Shown here: positions 9,191 to 19,419 of the stretch, in pieces
Numbering within the stretch: the stretch's first letter is position 1
Layout: every line of letters begins with the position of its first letter
Assembly: GCA_964612595.1 (NCBI GenBank)
Contig: CAZTFB010000001.1
Location: forward strand, 323,058-387,057
Source of the DNA: an uncultured Gammaproteobacteria bacterium
GTDB taxonomy: Bacteria; Patescibacteriota; Microgenomatia; UBA1406; HO2-37-13b
Direction: 5' to 3'
Length of the DNA stretch: 64,000 bases
Made by a program: the position numbers and the translations under genes
The notes under the pieces: generated by a model
Database searches by the model: none
The model's input: only the letters and a program-made list of their open reading frames with translations
What the model was told of the DNA's origin: nothing

Positions 9191-9619
9191 ATGGTTGAAC
9201 TTATGAAGAAGGAGACCGTATTTGCAATTCTTCTTGGAATTGGGGCAGGTGTTCTGATTGCCCTTTGGGTGATTCGGGGATCTCAATCTTCTTCCAAAGG
9301 AGAGAATCTGGCATCAGATGAGAGCATAACTCCATCCATTTCTATTTCTACATCTCAAGAGGAACCGCTGCTTATTTCTAAACCGGACGATGGTTTTTTG
9401 TCTACATCTGATACAGTCGAGATTGTCGGTTCTTCTAAAAAAGGCTCACTAATCGTCGTTCAAAGCCCTGTACAAGAAGTTACTCAAACATCAAAAGCCG
9501 ATAACTTTAATATTAAAATCAAGTTAATGGAAGGTTCTAATAATATTGTTGTAACTTCATATAATGAGAAGAGCGTTGAAAACCAAAGTCTTACAATTTA
9601 TTACGTTCAAGAAGATTAA
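9191..9619 (+). CDS. Membrane-anchored extracytoplasmic protein, function unknown
   Basis: 142-aa ORF with an N-terminal hydrophobic anchor (FAILLGIGAGVLIALWVI) followed by a Ser-rich linker and a beta-rich domain. The start could be 9203 (MKKETV). Confidence 0.5.
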   Translation: MVELMKKETVFAILLGIGAGVLIALWVIRGSQSSSKGENLASDESITPSISISTSQEEPLLISKPDDGFLSTSDTVEIVGSSKKGSLIVVQSPVQEVTQTSKADNFNIKIKLMEGSNNIVVTSYNEKSVENQSLTIYYVQED

Positions 9620-9620
9620 T

Positions 9621-10355
9621 ATGAAACGACTTTCATTCACAACATTTATTATTTCGATATTCGCAGTATTTCTTTTAAATACACCTGTCGTATACGCCCA
9701 ATCTCCTTCTCCTACTACAGCCAAACCTATCGACGATACTCTCAAAATCATTAAAGAAAAAATCGAGGATAAGGTTGATGAAATTAATAAATCAAGTAAG
9801 AAAGTAATTTCAGGTGTGCTGAATAAAATTGAAGACGACACCTTGGAAATTCAACAAACTGACGGAAAGATTTTTAAAGTTAACATTGACGAAACAGTTT
9901 CAAAATTTTTTACCGCATCGACAAAAAGCCTAACTGATGCTGAGAAAACTGATCTCGAAAAAGGTGATATGCTCATCGTTCTGGGCCCATTAATCGAGGA
10001 CCAAATATCAGCAAATAAAATTATTAGCCAGCCAGACTATATGACAGTTCAAGGTGAAATTACCAATGTAGATGCAGATAATTTTATTGTTGATATCGTC
10101 ACAAGTAACAAAGATGAAGTAAGTCTGGATGTAGAAAAAGGTACTACGCAACAAATAATGGATACAAAAACACTTGAGTTATCAAAAGCTGGTTTTAGTA
10201 AGTACAAGATTGGAGACAAAATTCATGCAGTCTATATAAAACCTTCAAAAGAGGGTGAAAAAGCAACGACCATTCGTACTTTAATTATCCCTCAAGAATA
10301 TTTCGCTGAAGCAGCAACCCCAACAAAAGCTGCTACACCTACTCCAAAAGAATAA
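9621..10355 (+). CDS. Secreted protein with two repeated beta-barrel-like modules (DUF5666-like by eye)
   Basis: Track ORF 9564-10355. The internal ATG at 9621 gives the signal-peptide-like MKRLSFTTFIISIFAVFLLNTPVVYA. The pattern xGxIxxIxxDxxxV is repeated. C-terminal PT-rich tail. Confidence 0.55.
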   Translation: MKRLSFTTFIISIFAVFLLNTPVVYAQSPSPTTAKPIDDTLKIIKEKIEDKVDEINKSSKKVISGVLNKIEDDTLEIQQTDGKIFKVNIDETVSKFFTASTKSLTDAEKTDLEKGDMLIVLGPLIEDQISANKIISQPDYMTVQGEITNVDADNFIVDIVTSNKDEVSLDVEKGTTQQIMDTKTLELSKAGFSKYKIGDKIHAVYIKPSKEGEKATTIRTLIIPQEYFAEAATPTKAATPTPKE

Positions 10356-12605
10356 TCACTGAATATTTTGTAACGGATCGATTGTTGGACCAAGTAAGCC
10401 TTGTCTACAAACAGTATCAAGATTTGTTCCAAGCTTAAAGTACTCAACTCGGTTGAAATAGCAAGGTTTAGAGATAACGTTACTTGGTATAGAAAAACTC
10501 AAGGGTGGTTGTTCATCAGTTTTAAGTGCAATATTTTTTTCTAATACCATTGTCATAGTACGCTTCCAGATTGGCGATGCCCCCGTTACTCCCGATGTTA
10601 AACTCTGATTCATCGGCGTATTATCATTGTTGCCAACCCAAACAGCAGTCAGAAATTTTGGATTGTACCCTATAGTCCAATTATCTCTTTTACTATTTGT
10701 TGTGCCTGTTTTTACAGCAACGGTAAATCCAGGCAGATTAAGATCTGAGTTGAGACCAAACGCGGGTTGACGTGCTGTATTATCTGCAAGTATGTCAGAC
10801 AATATAAACGATGTTTCTTCAGAAAGAACCCTTTCAGCTGGCGAAGTCGCCAAATAGAGATTTTGACCGCGGTAATCTGTTATCGATACAATGGGATTAA
10901 GCGGGTGCTTAGTGCCATAGTTTGCAAACGTTCCGTACGCGACAGCCATATCAACCATTCGAACCTCAGCGCCTCCTAAAGCAAGCGACAATCCATATCG
11001 TTCTGGCGTATCCCAAGTTGTAATACCAAGCTTTTGTGCATGGTCAATGAAAGTTGCAACGCCTAATGAATTCAATGTTTTAACGGCTGGAATATTGTAT
11101 GAGTTCGCGAGTGCGGCACGCAACGGTACTTTTCCGTGGTATCTTCCATCATAATTTACAGGCCTATATACTTGGGTACCTGCGAGACTAAACTGTACCG
11201 GACTATCATCAATAATCGTCGCTGCGGTGTATTCCTTCTCAAGAGCAAGAGAATACAACAATGGTTTTATTGATGAACCGGGCTGTCGACGAGCAGTCGT
11301 TACATTAAACGCACCATATGGCTGTTCATAATAATTTCGTGACCCAACCATTGCTAACACTTCACCCGTTTTTGGAGCAGTAATCAACACACTTCCGTTC
11401 GATACATTAAGATTTTTAATTTTCTCGAGCTCCTCGACAAGAATTTTTTCTGTTTCCTGTTGAAGATTTATGTCAAGAGAGGTAATAACCCTCAAACCAC
11501 CTTCTTCAACACGTTGAATACCGAATTGCTCTTCAAGTAAGGCTTTTACATAAAAAACGAAATGTGGAGCTCGTACAAATACTTTAGGTGGTTGAATAGT
11601 AATGTTTGTTTCAAGTTCCTTCGCATATTGATCCCTGCTCAGATAACCCAAGTCGTACATAGCGCGCAAGACCTCATTCTTTCTATTAAATGCAAATTGA
11701 GGGTTGATAAATGGTGAATATTTTGATGGTGCACGAGTCAGACCTGCAAGCAAAGCCGCCTCACCCACAGACAAATCCTTTGCTGGCTTATTAAAATACG
11801 TTTTTGATGCTTCCTCAATTCCGTACGCTGATCCACCGTATGGAACTTGATTCAGATAAAGCTCAAGAATCTCTTTTTTAGAGTATATTTGTTCAGTCCA
11901 TAGTGCAAGAATTGCTTCTCGAATTTTTCTTTCAATAGTTCGTTCCGGATTTAATAAGGATGTTTTTACAAGCTGCTGTGTAATAGTTGATCCTCCTTGA
12001 AGCTCACCCTTAAGTATCATCTCCTTTACTGCTCGAAGAATGCCCCCAATTGGGGACACCCCATTATGTGAGTAAAAATCTTTATCCTCAATAGATATCG
12101 TTGCTTGTATGACATGATTCGGTAGCGTATCTATGTCAATGGGTGTACGGTTTTGTTCTCTGTAAAAATCATATAGCAATGTGCCATTTCTATCATAAAT
12201 CTGTGTCGACACAGGAAAATTTACATTACCAATGAGACGAGGATTCGGTAATGAAAGAATAAAGTTATAGCTTTGATACGTAAAAACTATGGCAAGTGCA
12301 GTTAATGCACCTATGAAAAAGTATCCCAATTTACCTTTAAGTGTGGAATGATGGTGAATAGTGGTTTTTTTAACTTTAGTCTTCTTTTTGGGAATATTTA
12401 TTGCACGGATAAACCTTAGAGGAAAAAATACTATTGCTTTGATAGTTTGCAAAATTGAAGTAAGAAGATGTACTATGGGACTAATAATCGAGACTACAAT
12501 ATCACCTACGAATATGAGAAACACAACGAAGTAAAAAAAGATACGAAAAACCGCTCTAATAACTATCCCATAGAATCCGGTTTGTTTTTTAATGTAGGCT
12601 GGCAT
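10356..12605 (-). CDS. Class A penicillin-binding protein, copy 2, with an extended multi-TM N-terminus
   Basis: 749-aa ORF with EDKDFYSHNG, GGSTITQQL, SSIKP and KTGTTNS motifs. About 110 aa containing 2-3 hydrophobic segments precede the GT51 domain. Confidence 0.85.
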   Translation of the reverse strand: MPAYIKKQTGFYGIVIRAVFRIFFYFVVFLIFVGDIVVSIISPIVHLLTSILQTIKAIVFFPLRFIRAINIPKKKTKVKKTTIHHHSTLKGKLGYFFIGALTALAIVFTYQSYNFILSLPNPRLIGNVNFPVSTQIYDRNGTLLYDFYREQNRTPIDIDTLPNHVIQATISIEDKDFYSHNGVSPIGGILRAVKEMILKGELQGGSTITQQLVKTSLLNPERTIERKIREAILALWTEQIYSKKEILELYLNQVPYGGSAYGIEEASKTYFNKPAKDLSVGEAALLAGLTRAPSKYSPFINPQFAFNRKNEVLRAMYDLGYLSRDQYAKELETNITIQPPKVFVRAPHFVFYVKALLEEQFGIQRVEEGGLRVITSLDINLQQETEKILVEELEKIKNLNVSNGSVLITAPKTGEVLAMVGSRNYYEQPYGAFNVTTARRQPGSSIKPLLYSLALEKEYTAATIIDDSPVQFSLAGTQVYRPVNYDGRYHGKVPLRAALANSYNIPAVKTLNSLGVATFIDHAQKLGITTWDTPERYGLSLALGGAEVRMVDMAVAYGTFANYGTKHPLNPIVSITDYRGQNLYLATSPAERVLSEETSFILSDILADNTARQPAFGLNSDLNLPGFTVAVKTGTTNSKRDNWTIGYNPKFLTAVWVGNNDNTPMNQSLTSGVTGASPIWKRTMTMVLEKNIALKTDEQPPLSFSIPSNVISKPCYFNRVEYFKLGTNLDTVCRQGLLGPTIDPLQNIQ

Positions 12606-12669
12606 TGCAAATGTTAGGTAGGAATTTTAACATATTTTATAGGATAAGACAAGCCTAGAGTATATTTCG

Positions 12670-13419
12670 TTAGGAAGATAGTTGCTTTAATTTTGCCTTG
12701 ATAACAGCTCTTTTCAGATAAGTGCCATGAGGTACGCATGTTATTAAGTCTAAATAAGTATCATCATACTGCTGGTCAAGAACTTCGACTTCCTCAGGTT
12801 TCACCACAACTTTATCATATACCTCATATGTATACCGTGCCCCCTGAACCGTTACGTATACAACATCCCCCTTTTCTAAAAAGGGTACATAGCTAAAGAT
12901 GTGTTCATAATTGTTTGGTTTGTATAGCTGTAGAAGCGAAGAGTGACCAAAAAGCGAAACCTTTCCCCGCTTTCCTGGCAAGGTGCGCGGGACATAGTGG
13001 ACAATAGAAGAAAATAAATCATCTCCGCCTACTGTCACGCGCGCACTCTCTATACCAATTTTTGGAATATCAAGGGTATATTCCTTAACATCCTCAAGGG
13101 CCTCAGGTCCAAATTCCTCGATATTATTAGGAGTTACGAACCAGTTTGATGCTTTCGAATAATCAACAAGATTTGTTGAAAACTTGTTGGTCGTACCCAA
13201 AACAAGATTTGCTTTTTCTAGAGAGGTAGTAGTATTGTTTGGAACTGCAGCTTTTATCGCATCATCTATAAATATGCGTGTATAAAACTCTGATGCCAAT
13301 ACTGGGTAAAATGACCAAAATAAAAATAATGATCCAAGCGTCATCGATACATATGATATTGCGACAAGCAATGTTTTTTTAGGGCCAAAAATCTGCTTTC
13401 GATAACTATAGAGAGCCAT
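12670..13419 (-). CDS. Sortase family transpeptidase
   Basis: 249-aa ORF with an N-terminal TM, catalytic His context LFGHSS, TLxTC-like DLITCVP, and a downstream Arg (KRAVIKAK). Confidence 0.75.
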   Translation of the reverse strand: MALYSYRKQIFGPKKTLLVAISYVSMTLGSLFLFWSFYPVLASEFYTRIFIDDAIKAAVPNNTTTSLEKANLVLGTTNKFSTNLVDYSKASNWFVTPNNIEEFGPEALEDVKEYTLDIPKIGIESARVTVGGDDLFSSIVHYVPRTLPGKRGKVSLFGHSSLLQLYKPNNYEHIFSYVPFLEKGDVVYVTVQGARYTYEVYDKVVVKPEEVEVLDQQYDDTYLDLITCVPHGTYLKRAVIKAKLKQLSS

Positions 13420-13421
13420 AA

Positions 13422-15560
13422 TTATTCGAGTGGTTTAGTGGTAACTTTATAGTTTTGTTTAAATAGTGGTGTAAAGAATTTAAAAAATGGAATCGGCGAC
13501 ACCACATCCATTTCGAATCCTTTCGTATCTGTGTTGTCTTTAAGAATATTTTCAATAGAACCTGTAGATTTGCCTTTAACGAGCGATATAATCTTTCCTT
13601 CATCTACTTTATACGATGGCTCTCCCTTTGCTTCAAGCGTTAAAGTAACGCCATCGTCACTTTTCTCTGAAGACGTAACTGAGAATGTTATCTGCTCAGG
13701 TTTAAGTTCGTAATTCTCAGGAACTTTATCAGCCAAGGCTGATACCAATGCTTCTTTCACGATTTTATCATCGTATAGAAAGTACGTAACTTCGGCAGTA
13801 ACCTTGGCATCGAGAGTCTTTGCTTCTTCAGCAACTTCTTTCGAGTACTCTTCTTCTACCAATTCTATCTCTGTAAGATCATCTAGTACTTTGTGTGTGT
13901 CCGCACTTGCACTGAGCGCATCAGCCTTTTTTTTATTAATCTGTTTTTGAATTTCAATTTCAATTTTCTTAAAATCCTCTTTTGAGGCAGTCTGAATTTC
14001 TTTTTCAGTACCCCCTGCGAGGGCATCGCTTGCTTTTGCAAAATATGTTGTCTCTGTACTTCCTTCAAACGCAAACTGAGTGTCTTTCGCCAAATTGTAT
14101 GAAGTCCCAATATTTTCTGCAGTAATACTCCCCTTTTCTTTCGACGTTGTAGTCAAAATATCTCCACCACTCGTTACTGTCTTTGTTGCAGCTTTAACCG
14201 TCACATCACTATCTAGTATGAAAACAAGCTTATTTGAAGCGACAAGTTTTGTTCCTTTTTTAAAAGTTTTATCCGATTCTGTAGCATTGAAAATTGTCAC
14301 ATTCCCTGTGGCTTTCTCACCAATATTTTTTGTGCCTGTAGTTTCTATACTTGCCTCTGTTTCAATTTTTTCTTTTTTCTCTTCAATAAAGTCGGGTTTG
14401 TCGAAATCAACTTCAGCAGATATCTCTGATTTCTCATAAAAAACAGTCAACGTAGCCGCATGAGCGTAAAACAGACTTGCAATGGTTCCAGATATCAAAA
14501 GAACGAGAACTATCAATCCAACTATAAGTGGTTTTTTTTGTGATATTTGAGGCAAAGATAGGTTGGGTTTTTGCATATACTGCCTAAGTCGTGTAATAAA
14601 TGGTAACGACATACTTTTCGGTTGCGACTGCATTGGGCTTTCATATACATCAGATCCCATCGGTTCCGGTAGGTGACTCTTTCTTACATCTGCTCCGACG
14701 ACGAACCCTAAATCTTCTGGAATCGTTGTTGTAACAGTATTTTCGATCACATCAGTAGCACTTACCACACTTTCAGGGGCTGTTGGTTTATCTATATAAG
14801 CCGCCTCACCTACGCTTTCTTGAATATTGGAAGAAAAAACATACTCCGGTGCTGCCTGCAATATAGCATTGGTAAAGTCAATTTCATTAATAATGTCTAC
14901 TTTTGGGACATGCATAAACACATCCTTTGACCACTTGTGGGAGATAACTTTTGAAGCCTCTTCTTCGAGACCTCCAGAATCATACATGATCAACCTGGAT
15001 GGAAGCGCCGTATCTTTTTGTGTATGTTGGAATAAATCAGTAAGATCCGAAACAATATTTTCAGATCGAGCAACAGATTCCGAAAATATGAGTTCGCCGG
15101 CTTGGTAAATAAATGCCGACACAGCAGGAGTATCTATTTCAACGAGTGTCGCAGAGAGTGGCGAACTTTCTTTATGGGCGATATATTTTGATATTATCTG
15201 ATCCATTTCTAAGTAGCCCAAAGCCTCAAGCTCATTGTCTTTAATAATTTTCTCAAGAAGTTCTTTATATTCGGAAGAAATTTCTCTTGTATGAAGGTCT
15301 ACAAGATGTGAGTAAATCATAAACGAAGCTTTTTTCAGCTCAATTTTATGGTCGTTTTCCAAATGGAACAGGAGCTCGTCAATATCATACGTAAGGTTCT
15401 CCCATCCGTTGGTAAAAGTAAATGCTCGTTGGTCGATTAGTTTAATTGCTCGAGTAGCATCAGATGTTTCCAATAGATAACCCTGACCATCTCCATGTCG
15501 CAATAAGATTGCTACGACAAATTCCTTTTTATTGTTTTTTCCGAAAAAATGTAGATTCAT
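13422..15560 (-). CDS. Large single-pass membrane protein: cytoplasmic N-domain, disordered linker, TM, extracellular beta-rich plus coiled-coil domain (baseplate-J-like by eye)
   Basis: Track ORF 13422-15641. Start placed at ATG 15560 (MNLHFFGKNNKK), which abuts the upstream stop. The TM is LIVGLIVLVLLISGTIASLFY. The extracellular part contains ATGNVTIFNATESDKTFKKGTKLV. Confidence 0.55.
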   Translation of the reverse strand: MNLHFFGKNNKKEFVVAILLRHGDGQGYLLETSDATRAIKLIDQRAFTFTNGWENLTYDIDELLFHLENDHKIELKKASFMIYSHLVDLHTREISSEYKELLEKIIKDNELEALGYLEMDQIISKYIAHKESSPLSATLVEIDTPAVSAFIYQAGELIFSESVARSENIVSDLTDLFQHTQKDTALPSRLIMYDSGGLEEEASKVISHKWSKDVFMHVPKVDIINEIDFTNAILQAAPEYVFSSNIQESVGEAAYIDKPTAPESVVSATDVIENTVTTTIPEDLGFVVGADVRKSHLPEPMGSDVYESPMQSQPKSMSLPFITRLRQYMQKPNLSLPQISQKKPLIVGLIVLVLLISGTIASLFYAHAATLTVFYEKSEISAEVDFDKPDFIEEKKEKIETEASIETTGTKNIGEKATGNVTIFNATESDKTFKKGTKLVASNKLVFILDSDVTVKAATKTVTSGGDILTTTSKEKGSITAENIGTSYNLAKDTQFAFEGSTETTYFAKASDALAGGTEKEIQTASKEDFKKIEIEIQKQINKKKADALSASADTHKVLDDLTEIELVEEEYSKEVAEEAKTLDAKVTAEVTYFLYDDKIVKEALVSALADKVPENYELKPEQITFSVTSSEKSDDGVTLTLEAKGEPSYKVDEGKIISLVKGKSTGSIENILKDNTDTKGFEMDVVSPIPFFKFFTPLFKQNYKVTTKPLE

Positions 15561-15561
15561 T

Positions 15562-17055
15562 TTATTTAATATTATACTTTGCGAAAACTTGCTCAACACC
15601 TTTACTCGCAGTTGCGAAGGCTTGGTTGTACGACACTCCATTCATAGTGGCATTTATCGCGTCCTCAACATAAGAGATAATCTCTTCGTTTATGCCCTTA
15701 TCAAACGTTCTTGAAATCATTGGTAGGCTCTGCATATAAAGTGCTTGCTCGACAACAGAACCAATGTACTCATTTTGAGTCAAACTATCACGCAAGTCAA
15801 CTCTCGAATATGGTTCGCCAAACAAGCGGGTTTGTGACTGAGTTTGATATAGTTTTGTCATGGTATCTTTTTGAACAAGGAAGTGAAGAAATTTCCAAGC
15901 CTCTAGTTGGTTCTTGCTTGCTTTAGATACTCCTTCTACCCAATAGGTAGCTAACGACAAGGGTTGATTGCCAGATAGTAAGGGAAGCGAAGTGGTTTTT
16001 ACTTCGAGCTCTGTATTTGCAGCTTTGATTTCAAGAATTCTCCATGATGGGGCTATAATCATCGCCACTTTTCCTTCTATAAAAGCTGATATGTTATTGG
16101 GCATTTTTTCATTCCAAAAATTAAGTGGCGGTTCAGCAAACTGCCTATAGTTCGCGAGAACCTCTATTGCCTCATTTGAATTAAGATTTTTGAGACTTGC
16201 ACCATTTTGTAGCAACATCCACCCTAAAATATCTGAAAAATGCTCGATGTTATTTGCGGTTCCTAGGGCGATACCTGAAGTGAGAATATTCCCATCTGCA
16301 TCTTGAACACGAAGTGTGTTTGCAACATTTAAAAGCTCTTCCCAAGTTTTTGGAGCCGTCGTTATGCCTGCCTTTCTAAAAAGCTCATTGTTGTAGATTA
16401 GTACAAGACCATCAATTTCGAGAGGTAATCCATAATATGCCTCACCAATTTTAAGATCGTTTTGTGCCACTTTATAGAAAGTGCTTTCAAACTCTTTGTT
16501 TGACATCAATTTAGAAGGTAGCGGAGAAACAATATCAGAAATTGAAGGCAACCACGTATTATGGTACCTGAATATATCAGGGCCGTTTCCCTCATTTATG
16601 CGTGCAACAAGTTTAAGACGATAGTCCTCAGGAGTTTGCTTAATATAAGTTATATTGACATGTGGATTTTGCTTTTCGTAGTCTTGAATTACTCCCTCGT
16701 AAATTTTCTCATCCTCCCATAAACCCCAATATTCAAGTTCAACTTTTCCTGATTTTTTACCCATTGATAGTATAAACGAGAAAACAAAGAAGAATATAAT
16801 GATGAAAACTACCACTCCTATTGCAATAAATATTAATTTCTTTTTGTTGTCGTCTTCTTCTTCCATCATAGGGGGCAGATTATCATCAAAGCCTGGTGGG
16901 ATACTTGATCCACCGCCTGGAGCAACTACGTCTGGCGTTAGTTCTTCTGGAATGACTTCAGGGATAATGGTATCCGAGGGAGGTGTGTCAACTGAGCGGT
17001 CCTCCTCAACGGGAATAGTCTCAAACACTGGAACGTTGGAGTTTTGGTCAGACAT
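15562..17055 (-). CDS. Membrane-anchored extracellular solute-binding-protein-like (SBP family 1) protein with an acidic/Pro-rich cytoplasmic tail
   Basis: 497-aa ORF. About 75 aa are Pro/Asp/Glu-rich, then a TM (LIFIAIGVVVFIIIFFFVF), then a sugar-type SBP fold pattern (LEYWGLWE..., GLPLEIDGLVLIYN). No ABC permease or ATPase is nearby. Confidence 0.65.
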   Translation of the reverse strand: MSDQNSNVPVFETIPVEEDRSVDTPPSDTIIPEVIPEELTPDVVAPGGGSSIPPGFDDNLPPMMEEEDDNKKKLIFIAIGVVVFIIIFFFVFSFILSMGKKSGKVELEYWGLWEDEKIYEGVIQDYEKQNPHVNITYIKQTPEDYRLKLVARINEGNGPDIFRYHNTWLPSISDIVSPLPSKLMSNKEFESTFYKVAQNDLKIGEAYYGLPLEIDGLVLIYNNELFRKAGITTAPKTWEELLNVANTLRVQDADGNILTSGIALGTANNIEHFSDILGWMLLQNGASLKNLNSNEAIEVLANYRQFAEPPLNFWNEKMPNNISAFIEGKVAMIIAPSWRILEIKAANTELEVKTTSLPLLSGNQPLSLATYWVEGVSKASKNQLEAWKFLHFLVQKDTMTKLYQTQSQTRLFGEPYSRVDLRDSLTQNEYIGSVVEQALYMQSLPMISRTFDKGINEEIISYVEDAINATMNGVSYNQAFATASKGVEQVFAKYNIK

Positions 17056-17109
17056 ATGTGTATAATTACTAATACATAGTAACGAATATCCACCTAGATT
17101 TCAAAAGCA

Positions 17110-18519
17110 ATGTCGATCAAACTTATTCAATTTGTAACAAAATCACTATTTTTCGCTTGTGTATTCACCACAATATATGTGGTGTTGCTAGCAGCGATCT
17201 TGGTTCAGCGTGATAAAGCACACCAAGATCGCATATATCCTCAGGTATATGCAAATGCAAATAATTTTGGCGGCAAAACAAAGGATGAAGTAGTAGCTCA
17301 TTACAACAACTTAAATAGTAAACTCTCGAAACTTGAGGTTGTGATTCAGTATAAAGATACAATTGCGACATTATCTGGTGAGACCATTGGTCTTCACTAT
17401 GATGCAAACACCATTGCTGATCAGCTCTATGACATTGGTCGCTCAAAAAATTGGCCCACAAGGCTATTGCAAAAATATACAACACTACTCCACCTGTCCG
17501 AATACACTTTTACCTATAAACCACAATACCTATCCGAATCTATAGAAGCGCATCTCACTGAATTAAGTGAGACCTACTCAAAAGAACCGAAAGACGCCCT
17601 TTTTGAACTTAACAATGGGCGTGTTTCTGCTTTTCGTATTGAAGAAGATGGTATTGGCATAGATGTAACAAAGAATATGAAAGAAGTTCAAAAAAACCTT
17701 GATACGGTATCAGAACGTAACATACCAAATAATTTTAGCATTGTTGTAGAAGACAGTATCCTAAAACCCAATATCACATTATCTGAAGCAAATAATTTTG
17801 GTATTCTGGAGAAAATCGGAGAGGGTGTATCTGATTATAGTGGCTCAGCTCCAGAACGTGTACACAACTTAACGCAAGCAATGACAAAAATTCATGGTGT
17901 CCTCATACCTCCAGGGGAAACTTTTTCCTACAATAAAACGGTGGGTGATATTTCTCTCGCAACAGGATATAAAACCGGCTACGTTATTAAAAATGGCCGC
18001 ACAGTCTTAGGCGACGGAGGTGGAGTATGCCAAGACTCAACCACACTCTTCAGAGCAGCGCTTAACACCGGATTACCAATTGTTGAACGTAAAGGCCATG
18101 CATACAGAGTGAAGTATTATGAAAACGATCGCAAACCAGGATTTGACGCCACAGTATATGCTCCAAGTGTTGATTTTAAATTTCAAAATGATACACCTGC
18201 ACACATTCTTATCCAAGGTGCGGTTGACAAGACAAAACGAACTCTCACCTTCACCTTTTATGGAAAGAAAGATGGTCGGCGCGTAGAACTATCGGATGCG
18301 AAGGTATACGACCATACACCGGCTCCGGCCCCACTTTATGAAGAAACGCCTACACTTCCACGAGGAGTAACAAAGCAGGTTGACTGGGCAGCCCCAGGTG
18401 CAAAATCACAGTTTACTTATAAGGTATATTCCGCTTCAGGTGAACTGATGCAAGATAAGGTCTTCTATACCGCATATAGACCATGGCAAGCAGTGTTTCT
18501 TGTGGGGACAGGAGAGTAA
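17110..18519 (+). CDS. VanW-family protein
   Basis: 469-aa ORF with an N-terminal TM. VanW core GGGVCQDSTTLFRAALNTGLPIVERKGHAYRVKYY. Confidence 0.75.
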   Translation: MSIKLIQFVTKSLFFACVFTTIYVVLLAAILVQRDKAHQDRIYPQVYANANNFGGKTKDEVVAHYNNLNSKLSKLEVVIQYKDTIATLSGETIGLHYDANTIADQLYDIGRSKNWPTRLLQKYTTLLHLSEYTFTYKPQYLSESIEAHLTELSETYSKEPKDALFELNNGRVSAFRIEEDGIGIDVTKNMKEVQKNLDTVSERNIPNNFSIVVEDSILKPNITLSEANNFGILEKIGEGVSDYSGSAPERVHNLTQAMTKIHGVLIPPGETFSYNKTVGDISLATGYKTGYVIKNGRTVLGDGGGVCQDSTTLFRAALNTGLPIVERKGHAYRVKYYENDRKPGFDATVYAPSVDFKFQNDTPAHILIQGAVDKTKRTLTFTFYGKKDGRRVELSDAKVYDHTPAPAPLYEETPTLPRGVTKQVDWAAPGAKSQFTYKVYSASGELMQDKVFYTAYRPWQAVFLVGTGE

Positions 18520-18523
18520 CGTA

Positions 18524-18976
18524 TTAACGTTTTGGTGATTGTTTCTGTCGTCGCGCCTTACCACCAGTGCCGACTTTTCTTCGCTCTCGAACTCGAGCAT
18601 CGCGTTTTAGCAATCCGGCTGGTTTAAGCTTTTTTCTATTTTCTTCTTCAACCATCTCAAGAGCACGTGAGACGCCTAGTTTTAGAGCATCGAGCTGGCC
18701 ATGAATTCCCCCGCCACGTACTAGCGTGGAAATAATGAATCTCCCCAGGCTATCAGTAAGCGTGAGTGGTAGCAGATATTCTTTTTTGTAAACTTCTCCA
18801 GGAAAATAATCCTCAATCAACATATCATTAACATATATTTGGCCTTTTTTTGCTTCGGCCATACTCTTTGGAAGTTTTGCTTTTGCAGATGACAGATAAA
18901 GTCTGACACGTGCAATTGCCGCTTTGCGTCGACCTATGCTTTCGTAGTATGTAAGATTTTTTTGTACTTTAGCCAT
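18524..18976 (-). CDS. rpsI: 30S ribosomal protein S9
   Basis: 150-aa ORF ending in GGKARRQKQSPKR, with GGGIHGQ motif. Follows rplM. Confidence 0.9.
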   Translation of the reverse strand: MAKVQKNLTYYESIGRRKAAIARVRLYLSSAKAKLPKSMAEAKKGQIYVNDMLIEDYFPGEVYKKEYLLPLTLTDSLGRFIISTLVRGGGIHGQLDALKLGVSRALEMVEEENRKKLKPAGLLKRDARVRERRKVGTGGKARRQKQSPKR

Positions 18977-18987
18977 GTGTAATGAAC

Positions 18988-19419
18988 TTAATTGTTAAAA
19001 TTTTCCTTGTAGGGATGTTCGTTTTCAGGGAACACGAATAACCTTCTCATTCTTCTATCGCGCATTGTATTCTTTGGCAACATACCGGAAACTGCATTTT
19101 GAATGACTTTGCGAGGGTCTTTTTCATGCAAGCGAAAATATGGTGTTTTTTTCAGTCCACCTGGATATCCAGAGTATCGCGTATAAATTTTCTCTAATTC
19201 TTTAGAGCCAGTCACTTTGATATGTTTTGCATTGATCACTACAACAAAGTCTCCTTCATCAATGTTTGGAGAAAACGAAGTCTTCCCCTTTCCTATTAAA
19301 AGCTCACTAATTTGAGTGGCACATCGTCCTAGAATCTGGTTATTAGCATCGATTATATGCCAATTTCTCTTAATATCTTTTTCTTTGGTTGTTTTTGTTG
19401 TGTGTGTAAGACCTGTCAT
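18988..19419 (-). CDS. rplM: 50S ribosomal protein L13
   Basis: 143-aa ORF with the WHIIDANNQILGR pattern. Confidence 0.9.
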   Translation of the reverse strand: MTGLTHTTKTTKEKDIKRNWHIIDANNQILGRCATQISELLIGKGKTSFSPNIDEGDFVVVINAKHIKVTGSKELEKIYTRYSGYPGGLKKTPYFRLHEKDPRKVIQNAVSGMLPKNTMRDRRMRRLFVFPENEHPYKENFNN

